A stretch of DNA of 64,000 bases from the NCBI GenBank assembly GCA_013239625.1, contig MU056000.1, forward strand, positions 9,432,232 through 9,496,231. Reading direction: 5' to 3'. Positions within the stretch are counted from its first letter, which is position 1. Every line of letters starts with the position of its first letter. This DNA comes from Lama guanicoe. Its lineage: Eukaryota. Positions 25,201 to 39,290 of the stretch are shown here, in pieces. The position numbers and the translations under genes were made by a program. The notes under the pieces are model-generated. The model was not told where the DNA came from. It did no database searches and worked only from the letters and a program-made list of their open reading frames with translations.

Positions 25201-28200
25201 TTAGCACACACTCCATGCCCTAACAGATCCTAAGCCAGTAAATACTCTAGAGTGTACAATAGCATTTTAGTTGATTCTTTTTACTTATTCTCACTTTACA
25301 TCACAACATATATTTTTAAAGTATCCATAACTTGTAAATAAGGTAAAGGAAAGCCAGCATCATGAAGTATTTTAAGATTCACCCAAGGACAATTTAATTT
25401 CTAAGGGAATGTTTGTGTGACCTACTATCTACTATTGTTTACAAAGTCCTAGATATATGAAGTTAGCTATTAAATTGTAGCTTTTTGTCAGTAAAGATGC
25501 AAATGTTATCTCTGAACAGAAAATAAAACTCCTAAGGTTATGTTTTTATTGTCTTTTGGGATATTAACCTATAAATTATAGAAATTAGAATGTCCTATAG
25601 AATAACAATATTATTTTAACACTCCTTTTCCTTTTTAAATGCCCATACATACCCCATTCCTCAAATATTACTTGAACCAGCTTTGAACAGCCCTGCAATT
25701 CCCTCAATTATGAATAAAATAATTTTGGACGCAAGTTCATTATCTACTTCTGTAAGAGTCACGTTGACTTTTTAAATTTTTAAAATTTAACTTTAACTCA
25801 TCATCTGAACAACAAAAAATGACTTTAGAGGAAAAAAAAACTAATAATCTTAGCCACCAGCCACTGTAGGTAATGTGAAACTAGCTTTTGCAAAGAGAAA
25901 GTGCTTAAGATTCCAAGGCAGTCATAAAATCTCAGAATGCCATCCACAAGTTCTAGAATTTAAATGCAATAGTCCACGGCTGGGTGGTATCTAATGTAAG
26001 AGGTTGAGCATTTCCATCATTTCTATAACCATAAAAACATATTTTCTGATGAATTCTTGGTATTTGACAAATAATATCATTCAGGTGCCTATGCTAGAGA
26101 GGTTTGACTTTCAAATCATAATGCCAGTATTTTATAACAATAGATACCTCTTACGCCTCTTTTCCTTCTGAAAGAATTTTAGCCTCACAAATATATCCCA
26201 TATATCACTCCAGGCCATGGCAGAGTCAGACAGGTAATAGTGGTAGGCAATAAACTGAAGAAGGTAATAATCTGAGGTAGGTAATGCCACGGAGCTGGTG
26301 AAAACTGCGTCACACATGAGTCACCTCTGCTGTGTGTATCATTAGGTCTTCCCTTTGATGGGACCAGCCCCACACAAACTCGGGATCTCAGTCCATCTCC
26401 ATCAAAATCAGCCTTTGAAAGAACAAACAGGACCTCATCTGAGTCTCATACTGATTTAAGTCAGCATTTTGTTAGACTCTCTGGGCCATTTTTAAGCCTT
26501 GTTTAACATGTTGAAATGAAATGCTTGTTTTTCTCACTTAATGCATTTGGGAGTAACTAAGTCATCAGTGAAAGTTTTGGAAGTTCAGGCAATTACAACG
26601 CTGACAATCACCCACTCTGTCTATGCACCCTATTTCTCATCTCTACTCCCACCCCAACCTACTCTTCTCCCAAGAAGGTGATTTTGAGACTTCAGGTGAG
26701 GCCTTGTACCTAATTCCATATTCTTAAAAACCTCATTATAGTCCTTCACACTTGACTGTTAATAAACCCATATGTGCTCCCTCCCCTTGAGGCTGCCAAA
26801 TAATCATTCCCTTGTCAACTTCTTTCTAAAAATAAGTCCTACGTATGATTGCAGGATTGTTGGGATATCAAGTCCACGTGAGTTGGGGTGGATTTTGGAA
26901 CTGGGACCTTCCCTGACTTTCTGCTTCCCACTTGGCCTACAATGATTTTTAAACTAATCCTTATGGCTCTCTCTAGGTATCTTATTCAGTAGCCACCATT
27001 TCATTTAACCATTAATTAGATATGAAAGGATAGGCATGAAACAGATGTCTTGTTTTCTATTTTTCACATATTCTTTTTTATGGGAAATTCCTCCAGTTTT
27101 AAAAAAAATGTTAGGTAAGGGAAAATGTTCTGGGGTGTAAAATTGTAAGGAATCAACTGATGTGTAAAAATCAAAAGTAATAACTAATGACTCTAAGATT
27201 GTTCGACAAAACATTATCATTCTCGTCTACTTAATGGTGAATTTTTGGGTTTATTTAACTTCACACAGTTTAGGAGTAACTTCTCTCCTCTTCATTTTAG
27301 GAATCAGGAATCTAGATGTGTTGACATGAAAGACATTTTGATGTTTTTCAAATAGCCTCTCTCAGGAAATAATTGTCAAATAAAGGACATTACAGTCAAA
27401 ATAGCATAGATTACCGTATTCTAACTTCCTCACTTAATTCAGTAAGATAAAACGTACACAAAATAACTGCAGTTTTATTTAACAGTTGTACAAACTCTAA
27501 ACTTTAGAGGTGAATACATGACTTATCCATGAAAAATTCAATGTATGAAATGATAGCATTATTATTTTAAAAATAAATAAAAGAATTTAGTATATTTTAT
27601 TTAAAATAATTTCCTTTATGGATTTAAAATAGTCTTAGTTTTGCAGTGCCCTAGCTCAAATAAAGACAGATTTACATGTCTTCATGTCATTTTTAGATTT
27701 ATCTTTGTCATGGATTTCCTTGGCCAACATCTCTTCTAGAGCTCTTTTGCCTATTTAAATGTTTTATTATTGTAGTAATTTGATTTCCTTAATGAAGGAC
27801 AAAGTCCTCCATCTACCCAATTAGAAAGTATCTTTTCTTTTTGTGGAGAGTTATCAAAAAATAAAGTGGATTTTTCATTGGCTTCTCCCATAGCGTGACA
27901 TCCCAAACATCCCAGAGCAAAATGCTAGCTATTTAAGCAATTCTGTCATGTTTGAAAAATGAGCCTTTGCCTTAGCAACTCAAAGAAAGGGAAGAATTTG
28001 TCACCTACCAGTGTTCTTTTATCATGGTGTTTCTGTATCATTTATCTTGTTGCTTGTCAACTTCTTTATATATATATATATATAGAATCCTTATCATCAC
28101 CAAATGACAATTATGGTTTTAATTGAGTGTAGAGGTGTTGAAAGTCTGTTGCAATAAACGAGCTGAACTTTTCACAGATCTTATGAAAGATTCATATTAG

Positions 28201-28719
28201 ATATAGTTTGCACAGGCAAAAAGTATGCATGTGACTTTTGCACATTAAATATGGTTGGAAGCAAGTTATGTTAATAAGGGATAGTAATTTTTCCACTTAC
28301 CTATTCCAGATAAAGCATGTATTGAGAACTAAGCTAATAAAAAGACTAATGATCAATGAGGAACTAAAGTATTAAACTGACTTTTGGTTAATGAACAAAA
28401 TCTGTCAATGAAGGACTAATCTAGACCCATGAGAGAGCTGAAGCCTTGAGAGCATAAAGATCCAAAACCTAGCTCCACCAGCTCTTGATGTATGGTCCTG
28501 GGCATGTTGCATTATTAGGCAATAATTTTCTGTCCCTTGGACCAAATGCTAAGTGGGATTCTTGCCTAGTTAGCACCACATAATATTCATATGAATATGT
28601 GTGAGTGGGATCTCCGAGGAGGGGCTCATGATGGTCTATTCTGGGCAAATGCAGAACTCGATAGCTCGGAAGTCCTTACAAATAAAGCAAAGGCCCCTGA
28701 GGCTGGTTCTTCTCACTTG

Positions 28720-30170
28720 AATTTGTCCTCCACCACCCAACCCCTCACACGAACACCTACATCCTCCACCCTCATAGTACCCTGAGTCATTTACTCCTGG
28801 TACGTATTACAATTTGGAAATGTTTATGTGGGATTATTTGATAAATGTCTGCTCTCCACAAGGCTATAAGCCACTGAAAGACATGGATCCCATCTGTCTT
28901 TTTGTTTATTATCCTATCTTATACCTACCAGAGGGCTGGACACATTTTAAGAATTCAGTAAATACTTCTTTGAGTGAGAAAGAAACTGAATAAGTTACTG
29001 AGTGAAAATCAATGGCTTTGACTCAGACTTTAAGATATGAAGGTGCTTAATGCTCATCAATATTCAATATCCCATAAATCACACTGTAACCCGTTTCTCA
29101 TCCTACCTCTCAGCATTTATTATTTGCTTTCTCTTTCTGTCTAAAGGTAGATATTTGACAAAGACCTGCCTTAATCTTCTTTTTACTCTCTATCTACACA
29201 GCTCTTTTCTGTGATATCATTCATGTCTAGAGCTTCAACTATCGCCAATTGCTGATGACTTATGAATATTTATCTGCAATTGGACCTCCAAGCTAAACTG
29301 AGTTTTGATTTATTCATTTGTACTGAGATGCATTTGGACTGAATTATGCCTATGACCTCTTTCTCCTCTAAAACAATACCTCAAATTCAACAAGTCTACC
29401 GTGGACTCCTTCCTAAAACTATTTTTACTTAATTCCCTTTTGCTCTCAATAGCATTTCTGTCCTCCACTCCCTGCCACAGTTAGATCGGAGGCTCTCCTT
29501 TGATCTTCCTTCTATTACTGCATCAGCTCCTAATTTTTCTTCTTACTTTCAGTCTGCACACTCCCTAAACTAACTTTCAACAATTACCTGTTTTATATCT
29601 TTAAAAAAAAAAAAAGAAAGACGTTTTTGAATATGTTACTTCCTTGCTCAGAATATTTTATCTGCTCTAAGTTTGTCACCAACTTTACAAACACTACAGC
29701 ATAGTATTCCAAATCAGCAAAATGTAGTCTCAATCTGTCTTTCTGGTCTTACCTTCTACCTCTTTTATGTATATATCATATATTTTAGCTAATTTGCTGG
29801 GTACACACTTGTTGAGTACAAGCTCTCTTCTCTACTGTAATGGTTTTCTCATAATCTTCCCTCTTTCTGGAAGTCCATTCTCTTTCCACTTGTTAATGTA
29901 GCTCTATGGTTTAATTATATGCTTGAATTCAACCTCCTCTCTGAAACTTTAGTTGGTAAATCCTTTCAATCAATCAAGATTCATCTCTGCTTCTTCCAGA
30001 AAATTATGTTTAACTCTCAAATACTTATTTCTTGTAGGTACAATATATCCACGTTAAAACCTAACATCTGACACTAAATTGTGTGCTTTTGTGAGTAGGA
30101 ATTTCATATTTGAATAATCTTGAAATCCCTGGCTCAGTGCCAGTCATATAGTATACAGTCAATAAACAGC
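28720..30170 (+). mobile_element. Two L2 LINE remnants (~28720-28990 and ~29080-30170)
   Basis: L2 3'-end motifs (CAGTAAATACTT..TTGAGTGA; CAGTGCCAGTCATATAGTA..CAATAAA) plus CCTCAAATTCAACA.GTC. Confidence 0.7.
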
Positions 30171-32649
30171 AAATAACAAAATAAATAACTGATACATAAA
30201 TGTAATTATGTAGGAAGAGGAGGTTCTGATCCTTATAAAAATTATTTTTATATGTACTGAACAATCCCAAATTTTCTTTCTAATTAATTAAATAATCTTA
30301 GGGAAGTCAAAATAAATTAAATTAATTAATATTTAAAATCCAGTCCAATGTGAAATTTCTTTGAACACTTGTCAATAGCTTTCAGTGAATACTAACAACT
30401 CATAAACATTATCAGAGACAAAGCTAGTAAATTCTAAAGGGACCATGCTCAGTTCTCTTTAACTAATAAGTAAAATAAGAAAAAATAATCCAAATAATTT
30501 CTTCTTGTTGGGTAACTTTTACATGCTCCCAGACCAAGGGACTTTCTAAGTGAGTAGGTAACACTCACCTCGCACATTGAAACGTGTCAGCTTTCTAGAA
30601 AATCATACCACAGCTATCTGCAGGAATGATTTGTCTAAGAATGACTGATCACTTGGCTCTCTTCAAGGTAGATGATTGACTTTACAGGAAATCATGATCT
30701 TAGAGCTGTCGGCCAAATCTTTTCTACCTTGATTTGTTCTCTTCTGACAGTCCCCGATGAATCAGTACTACATAGCTGCCCTGATAAACAAATTACAATG
30801 CTGTATTTCTCCTGGTTTACCAGTCTCCCAGAGGATGGCTAAGTTCCCAACCCAATTCCTTATGATTTTACATCATCAAACCACAACCATAGTAAACTCA
30901 ATGTAAAATTACCTAGCAAAATACGACCTATAATTACATGTACATAAATTTTTAATGTAATACATCTTTTTAAAACTCTTAGAGTTTCTAAGTACAGCAC
31001 TAACATGTGGACTTACCCAGATGTCAACATCTTTTCCCAAGCTTGCAAAATGAAGGGATGGCTAGAAACATAGATACTTTGTGGAAAGTATAACATTAGC
31101 TTTTCTTTACCTATATTGCTTTCAACCTAGGCATTCTATATATCTAGTCGGACTCCCAGAATTTGGTCTATTTTCAGATAGATAGAACTTTCTTGAACTT
31201 TGCTATCTTTGATTCAGCAAAATAGTTCAACATCTTAAAATTTAAGTTGCAAAGTATAAAATTAACCTAAATGTTAAGCAATTATCAATAACTCCACTTG
31301 CTGCTAATGTAAAATAAGTCCAAAATTAAAGAATGTGTCAATCTTTTTAAAGATTAAAGACTCTATAGATAAGTATACACATGCTTCCATGATTGTACTA
31401 CAAAAACTCAAGATGTGATGGTTTCTGGAGAATGTGGTTTTGCTTCCAGAAAATTTTGAAAGGGAAAAAAGCAGGGGTATGGTTTATGAAAAACCACAAT
31501 TCTAAATAAAATATTATCTGCAACTTGAATATATGGCTAAAATGATGTGCCTTCAATATTTTACTGATGCAGTTTCTAACAAGCCCAAGATTTCTACTTA
31601 TCTAGTGTACCACTGTTTGACTTATTTATTACTACGGATCAGGCCAAGAGTGAGGCTTGCACAAGATTAATAAGTTATAAAACATTTTGGCTGCTAGAGA
31701 TGCAAATTATTGTCATCTGTTAGAAAAGATAACAATAAAGGTTATAATTTTATTGCTCTGCAGGACATTGATCAATTTTTTATCTTATCTACCAATCTTA
31801 TTCCAGCATTATTTATTCTACAACTATCTGTATGTCATTTTTTTTTCTAAATTGGCTTTACCATCCTGCTGGTTTCTTCACTAATAAATTAAATAACAAT
31901 CTGATACATACTTTTTATATATTTGAATGCAAATCATATTGCTAGCTTTTGAAATTTATACCTTAACACAATTACTATAAAAAGTTATCTAAAATTTAGG
32001 CTGTTCCAATGAGGCAAACAGACTTGGGCCACTGAGTCCACTCAGTCAATCATTCCTTGCATGCACTTCTGTCCATTCATTAGCCTGCTATGGAAAATAA
32101 TTATAGGGGTCTACAATGGCTCCCCTCAACTAGGTATGCTTTTGTGAAACCAGATTGTATTATCTTCATAGCTAAATTGTCTCCTTCTCCTAAATTAGAG
32201 CCATTGGTATGAGAATCAGTGACTTTTATGTGACATGAATAGGAAACATGAATATTCCATCCAAAAGGCACACTGTTATCAGGTGACAGGAAGAACCATG
32301 ACTGAATGGTAGTTCATGAGATGAGCCCCACAGTGCCTGGAATCCTCCGAGCCAGGCACTGAAGCTCTGGAGAGACAAATGTGAGATTCTGCACTGATTT
32401 TAAAGCTAATATGTTAAAGTGACATTTTAATTTTATGAAGCTATGCATAGTCTTTGTGAACTAGTTAAAATAATTAGAACTACATTAGTGATGCTATTAA
32501 TGACTAATCACAACCCACACTTACTGAATAAAAGAAAACTGATTGGAAAAGTTTATAAATTTGAGTGAATGCAGTTTTTTATGAGAAGCCTTTTTTAATC
32601 TTTGTTATAGTTTTGTAGCTGTTTTGTTTTTTAACCCATCCACTCTCTT

Positions 32650-33179
32650 TCCTTGTCCATCTTGATTGATGTATAATTGACATATAAAATTGTGAGATAT
32701 TTTCATGGTGATTCAATATGTGTGTATATTGTGAATGGATTCCCACCACTCAGTTAATTAACGTATCCATCACTTCACATGTTTATCTTTTGTGTGTATG
32801 TGTGAGGGAACATTTAAGTTCTATGCTCTTAACAAATTTCCATTATATAATACATTGTCATCAACTGTAGTCAGCATGTTTTACAATAGATCCTCAACTT
32901 CATTCATCTGATAGCTGAAAGTTTGTAGCCTTTTACCAACCTCTCCCTATTTCCCCCAGCCTAGAGACCCTGGCCATTACTTTTCCACACCCTGTCTCTA
33001 TGAGCTTGACTCTTTTTTTTTTCCTTTTGTTCCACACATGTGATACTGAGCAGTATTTGTTGTTCTCTGAGGCTTATTTGACTTAATATAATACCCTCAA
33101 GTTCCATCCTTGCTGTCAAAAATGGGAGGATTTCTTTCTTTCTTTCTTATACAATAATTCTCCATTGTGTGTATTTGTG

Positions 33180-33223
<44 letters not shown>

Positions 33224-34112
33224 CCACATTTTCTTATCCATTCATCTGTTGAAGGACGATTAGTTTGATTCCATATTTCGGCTATTATAAATAATGCTTC
33301 AATGAACTTTGGAGTGTATACAGCATTTCAAATTAGTGGGGGCTTTTTTAGGCAAATATGCAAAAGTGGGATTGCCGGATTATATAGCAGTTCTATTTTT
33401 AATTTTTTGAGGACCCACCATACTGTTTTCCATAGTGATCATACCAATTTACATTCTTGCCAACGGTGCACAGGGTTCCCTTTTACCTACATCCTCACCA
33501 ACACTTGTTATTTGTTGTCTTTTTGTTGACAGCCTTTCTAACAGGTGTGAGGTAATATCTCATTGTAGTTTTGATTTACATTCTCTGATGATCAGTGTTG
33601 TTGAACATCTTTCCATGTACCTGTTGCTCATTTACATGTCTTCTTTGGAAAAATGTCCATCAGCTCCTCTGCCCATTTTTTAATCAGATTGCTTGGAATT
33701 CTTTGCTTTTGAGTTGTATGGGTTATTCATATATTTGGGATAGTAATCCCTTATCAGATATGTGACTTGCAGATAATTTCTCCCATTCTGTAGGTTGCCT
33801 TTCCATTCTGTTGATGGTTCACTTTGCCATGCAGAAGATTTTTAGTTTAATATCATTCCACATATTTATTTTTACTTTTGTTGTCTTCACTTTTGGTGTC
33901 AAATCCAAAAAGTCTTTGCTGAGACCTATGTCAAGGAGCTTATCCCCACTATGTTTTCTTCTGGGAGTTTTATGGTTTCAGGTCTTCCGTTCAAGTCTTT
34001 AATTAATTTTGTGTTGACTTTGTATGTGGTGCAAGATAGGGATCCAGTTTCATTCTTTTGCATGTGGCAGTCCAGTTTCCCCAACAGATTTATTCCCATT
34101 GTATATTCTTGG
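32650..34112 (-). mobile_element. 5'-truncated LINE-1 (L1MA9-like)
   Basis: Reverse L1 3' UTR (ATTGATGTATAATTGACA...) and ORF2 C-terminus; the + strand ORFs here are typical antisense-L1 artefacts. Confidence 0.95.
33180..33223. repeat. (GATA)11 perfect tetranucleotide microsatellite inside L1
   Basis: Direct reading. Confidence 0.97.
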
Positions 34113-35580
34113 CTGCAATAAGCTTTTTTTTAATGTAGGGTTTTTTTAATGACAAATGTATTTTAGCCTCAAGGTTAATAACCTTTATTATTAATTATTA
34201 TTGTTAATCATCTTTGTGACCATTAAAACAGATCTTTTTCTGTTATAGAGAAACCTCCTTGTCTTGCTTGGTAAATAGTCTTAGAAAAAGAACTTGAATT
34301 TATGAGGACAAGATATGCAACAAGTAGATATATACATTTGATTTAAAGTTATGACAAGATAAAAATATTAGAGAATTATTGTATCTGTTTGATGTAATAA
34401 GATGAGTAACAAAGCAGTGTGTCAGCAACCTCCTATTCCTTTAAGATTATTTACTAACAAATATTAGGCTAGCTGACAAAAATGACAGACTTTGTTTCCA
34501 CTGAATTTCTACACAAGGCAAAATTAAGAATGTTGGCATACAATTTTTTTATTCTCAGCTAAAATACATAATATATTTTCTATAAATTCTTGAAAATTTT
34601 ATTTCCTTATTGACCATATATCAGATACAAACAGAATATCAAGCTTATATACAGATTTATATTTTTGCATGTTTAAATAGAATATCATTTCTTCATGTGA
34701 AGAAATCCACACCCTTCCTTACCTGCACCAGAAAAATCTGTGCTCTGATTCTTCTGCCTCTTTCCCAAATCTGCCTATTTCTTTTATGTATAAGGCCTCT
34801 ACCAACTTCAAAAGAATGTAGATGAATCATTCAGGAAAGTAGAGAAGAATGAGAATCAAGTCCAGGGGCACTGAAGAATTTACTAGAATAGCAAGTTGAA
34901 CGAGGAGGGGAAGAGTTAAAACATCATTTCTTAGCAAAAACTTTAAGGAAATGAGGACATATGCATTAGTAGGCACCGTCAAATCTCATTTAGAAAGAAT
35001 TAATTTGTTACTTACAGTCAAGTAAAGACTAAAGGAAAGTTCACCTTTGCATTGTGCACGGAAAAATCTACTCAGCTAGCAAAAGGATAGAATAAACAAG
35101 GCTGGAAGAAACTCAAGAGAAAAATGTCTTTCAAACACATCAGTAACTTTCACCTTTTTGTCCAATAAATGTTCTGTACTAGTAAGTGGAGCATCATACC
35201 AGTGACCAGCCTTACTTAACTGCTGCTTTGATGTGTAAATCATGAATCAACCAGCATTATTTATTTGTTACAGCAAGACCTCAACAAGGCAACAATTTGT
35301 TGCTATGTAATCTTGACGCCTTACCTAAATAGTACGCAATTAAATTTAAAAATGGTGAAATCTAAATATAAATTCCTTTTAATAGAGGTCCCAATAACAA
35401 TACAAAAATTTTTGTAAGACCCTTAACAAATACTTTCTTATCATCACCTAAATAATACATCTGATTGTAAAAACTTTTTTAAAAAATTATAAATATAATA
35501 AGACAGGCAAAACTCATCTGAAACTATACAACCCTGTGATTTTAGTAATAATCCTATTATAAATATGTCTTTGTATATAC

Positions 35581-35876
35581 CAGTAAATAATCTGCAATTC
35601 TGAAATAAAAATATTAAAAACAGAATTTTTATACAAACCATTTGTGACAAATCCTGATAAGTCCTACCATGAACTAGTATATGCTCATCATTCTTTTCAT
35701 TAATATAATATTTATACATTTCACAGCAAAAATATTTATATGTTTCATGGTGGCACGTTGCCTCAAGCACTTCTTCAAGTGTGAAATAACATGATGTTAC
35801 CTTTCTAAAATCTGAAACCTACAGAATTTTGAAACACATCTGGTCCCAGTGATTTCAGATAAGGGATCATGGAGTG
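35581..35876 (+). mobile_element. TcMar-Tigger non-autonomous element (MER46C-like)
   Basis: TTACCTTTCTAAAATCTGAAA...TGAAACACATCTGG.CCCA...TTTCAGATAAGGGAT resembles the recalled MER46C 3' end. Confidence 0.7.
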
Positions 35877-36279
35877 ATATATGATCAGATATATAATTTT
35901 ACATAATTGGGTTATTATTATACCTGATTCCTTTTACATTTTTATTCTTCTGAGATATCAACACTTATCCTGGCTATTTGTGAAAAATCTTATCTAATAT
36001 AGATAAATTTAAAATTTTTAGAATGTTATTAAAGCAATTCTCTCTCTCCAGGTTATATTTAAATCTAGTTGTTGGAATTATTTTTGTCATTAATATACAA
36101 TGCACAAAGAAAAAATAACTATGAGACATTTCCTCTATTAGAAAAGTATTCCAAATGTATGCCTGGTAAATGTGGACCTTAATTAAATTCAGAAAATCTT
36201 GTAGCAATCCAGCCATTCTTCAGATGAAGATCCAAGATTTCATAAAATACTTGATTATCTTTTCTTTAAAAGAATTGGC

Positions 36280-36930
36280 TCAGGATAAAAATGGGTAGGA
36301 TTTGCAATAATGATGACATAAAGAGGTCTGGCAATTCAACCATCAGGTAATAAAACCTGAACAATGTTCAAAGTGGCAATTTGAAATCAATAGAAAATGA
36401 CCAAAGTGAAAAGAAACTTGAAAAGAATTTATACCAGAAAGACACCTATTTCATTAAGTAAGGGCTGTGGGCTTATGACTTCTTAGCTTGGAAGCACTCC
36501 CCCATTTCACTCAGCTGTGAAAACTGCAGTAGTACTTCGAAGTGATAGATGATAAAGCTCAGGGCATCAGGGCAGATGAATAGAATATTAAAAGAAAATA
36601 CCCTGTAAGCCAGAAAACCTCAGAAGAGCTGAAGTTCAAAATCTGAGTACAAACCCCCACTACCTCAACTTTCCAGCCTCCCCACTCCACCCTCACCCCA
36701 CCCCTGGGTGAATGTTAAAACTACTACACATTTGCACAGGAAGCTTAGAATGCCAGCAGTAAAGCAGACAGAAAGCAGAGGATGATCAGTTTAAAGACAG
36801 ACCTGCTCCTGGGTAAATCTGCAAATTTTTTCCAGTATCCAGCACAGTGCCTGGCACAACAGTTCCTCAAATATCTAATGAAAGAGACCATTATGAATAC
36901 ACCTAGAGAACATGAATTCTCCAGTAAGCA
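36280..36930 (+). mobile_element. Possible old L1M 5'-region remnant
   Basis: Weak resemblance only. Confidence 0.35.
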
Positions 36931-36959
36931 CATAAGGGGACTTGTACCAAAACAAAGCT

Positions 36960-37145
36960 ATAAATAACTATATATATACTGTATATATAACTAAATATTA
37001 ACTATATATAAACTATATATTAACTGTATATATAACTAAATATTAACTATATATATAACTATATATATATCTGAATCACTTTGCTGTACACCTGAAATGA
37101 ACACAATATTATAAATCAGCTATATTTCAATTTTTTAATGTAAAA
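36960..37145 (+). mobile_element. Very short L1 3' terminus preceded by an AT-rich minisatellite
   Basis: CTGAATCACTTTGCTGTACACCTGAAA..AACACAA.ATT.TAAATCA.CTATA.TTCAAT. Confidence 0.85.
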
Positions 37146-37254
37146 AAGTAAATGTAACTGACAATAACTTTGCAAAAAACAAGTAACATGTACTTGAAAC
37201 AATAACATAACCACCAAACCCAGGATATAGACTTTGTTTGGATCCACAATATTA

Positions 37255-37745
37255 ATACAATGCAGTGCCCCATCCCAGCCTTTTTAATGTACTCCACTAA
37301 CTTGCTAAGGAACTGGGTCATTTGTTCTCAGGATATTTCATATTGTGAATTTGTCTGTTTTTCCCTTATGGTATCCTTATGGTATATTTTCACTTGTTCC
37401 TCAGTTCAGATAGTTTCCATGAAAGAGAAGTGAGTTCTGAAAGGTTGATTAGATCCTAGCGTCATCATTTTTTAACATAGCAGTTGCTATATATCTCATA
37501 TTACATTGTATCAAGAGGAATATAATGTCTAGTTATGCTACTAAAATGAAGATAAATCGGTAGCTTCATATGGCCAAACCCGACCCCCTCATTAGAAAAT
37601 TACCCATTAACATTTCACAAGCTTTTTAATCCATCCATGATCAAGGCTAAAGCCAAAACAGGGATTTTTCTATTTTGAGTATTCCTTTCACATTTATTAG
37701 ATGAAATTGTTCTGTAAAGAAGTACTTTTCCTAATCAGACTACTG
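37255..37745 (-). mobile_element. Old L1MC-type 3' remnant
   Basis: AGGAACTGGGTCATTTGT..., TATATCTCATATTACAT..ATCAAGAGG..ATAATGTCTAGTT resemble the L1MC4/5 3' UTR. Confidence 0.55.
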
Positions 37746-38324
37746 AGCCTCTCTTACATATAATTCTAATAGGAAAGTCAGGGAAATTGCTTGAGTCTTT
37801 CTCTCTACAACTGCAATTGCCAAATTCCTAAAGAGTAAAGGGTTGATTTCCTTGCCTCTCACTTTATTTGTTGTTTCACTCTTTTCTGTGCCTATAACTC
37901 TCTTACTAATCTGACATGCTTGTCCCATCTTTTGTTCTATAACCAGATACATTCAGTGATTACCTCCAGAATTTACGCTAAAGTTTCTGCAGCTGTTTTG
38001 TGAATATTTGGCTGAAACCCATTCTAGTAGAGCCCTTGAGATAATCTCAGATGAAACTTTGAGTTCTTAACGCTCTTTTTCCTGTGATCTTGTTATACTC
38101 AAAATTGTGACTAAATATAAAATCCTTGGCTCATATTTTCTTCCTTTGCATAGCTTTAAAAATGTTGTGCCCTTAGGTTCCAGCAGAACATTTTGCTTTT
38201 GATATTTTATTTATGTTACTTGATTTTTTTTTTTGCCAAAAGGTTTTTTTTAATCTATAACGTTCAACATTTTTCAGTGTTGATCAATCCAGGACAATAT
38301 AATAATTTACTAGATGTATCTTGT

Positions 38325-38435
38325 GAATATGTAGTTGTTTAATGCCACTAAGTTTTGGTGTGGGTTGTTGAACAGGAGTAGATATTAGAAACATGGTTTT
38401 GTACCTGGAATGGGGTGCTCTTAGTAAAATAACTC
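38325..38435 (+). mobile_element. MaLR LTR 3' end plus start of internal sequence
   Basis: TTGTTTAATGCCACTAAGTTTTGG..TGGGTTGTT...AGATA..AGAAACA then TTTTGTACCTGGAATGGGGTGCT. Confidence 0.65.
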
Positions 38436-38549
38436 AACAGAAAAACAATTTTCTTTCACTTTTCAGTTAGCATTTGGGGGAAATGTAAAAGATCTAGGAC
38501 AGCCTTTCATTCCCTGGAAATGTTCTCAAAGAAATAAATGGCCTTAGAC

Positions 38550-38750
38550 TAGTGTTTCTCAACCTCATTACTACTGACATTTTGGGATGGGTAATTATTG
38601 GTTGGTGGAGACTGGGTGCATTGTGAGATATCTAACAGAATCTTTTATTTCTACCTATTAGGTGCCAGTAGCACCTCCCCATTCGTGAAAACCAAAAATT
38701 TCCCCAGATATTGCCAAATGTACTCCTCTCCTCCTCCACTGAGGACCACT
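38550..38750 (-). mobile_element. hAT-Charlie MER20
   Basis: TTTCTCAACCTC...ACTGACATTTTGGG...TGCCAGTAGCACC...AACCAAAAAT..CCAGATATTGCCAAATGT...TGAGGACCACTG, with both termini present. Confidence 0.9.
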
Positions 38751-39019
38751 GCACTGTCCAAATTTGCTGATGATTCAAAGTTCCATAAAAAGAGTTAATG
38801 TACATAGAACTTTTATGCAGAAAGAACCTCACAGAATAAAATGGTGGAATTAATTTAATGCAAAAAAATCTAGAAGAAAGAGAAAAAAACTTTAGGAAGT
38901 CATCGGTAACTTCAAGGACACCATTTTAAGAGGTGTTAGAATGGTGCTGCAGAAGCTACGTCTCAATGGGAATCAAAGTTCCCTGCAAACTTTGATTCTT
39001 TGATTTTAGTGATTAGCAG

Positions 39020-39290
39020 TTATTTATTTAACAAATGTATTAAATGTTTTATAATAGTAGAAAATATGTGCCAGGCACTATATTAACTGTTTTTATGTGG
39101 TATGTCGTATATATTTATAATTAAACTCCTTGAGGTATAGACATTAGGAGCTCTATTTAAAATAAAGGTAATAAAGCTAAGGCTCAGGAAAGTAAAGGAA
39201 CTTGCTGGTAGTTGTACATCTGGGAAACATTTGAGCAGGGATTAAAGTAAAGTCAAGGTCCATTGGTCTCCAGAGTACATACTCTGCCTA
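39020..39290 (-). mobile_element. MIR SINE remnant
   Basis: TGTGCCAGGCACT...AGCTAAGGCTCAG..AAGTAAAGGAACTTG. Confidence 0.7.

Noticed and set aside
32586..34114. Possible TSD AAGCCTTTTTTAAT / AAGCTTTTTTTTAAT with a short 3' transduction
   Set aside because: The match is mostly poly-T, and the extra ~50 bp is explicable as a decayed poly(A) tail.
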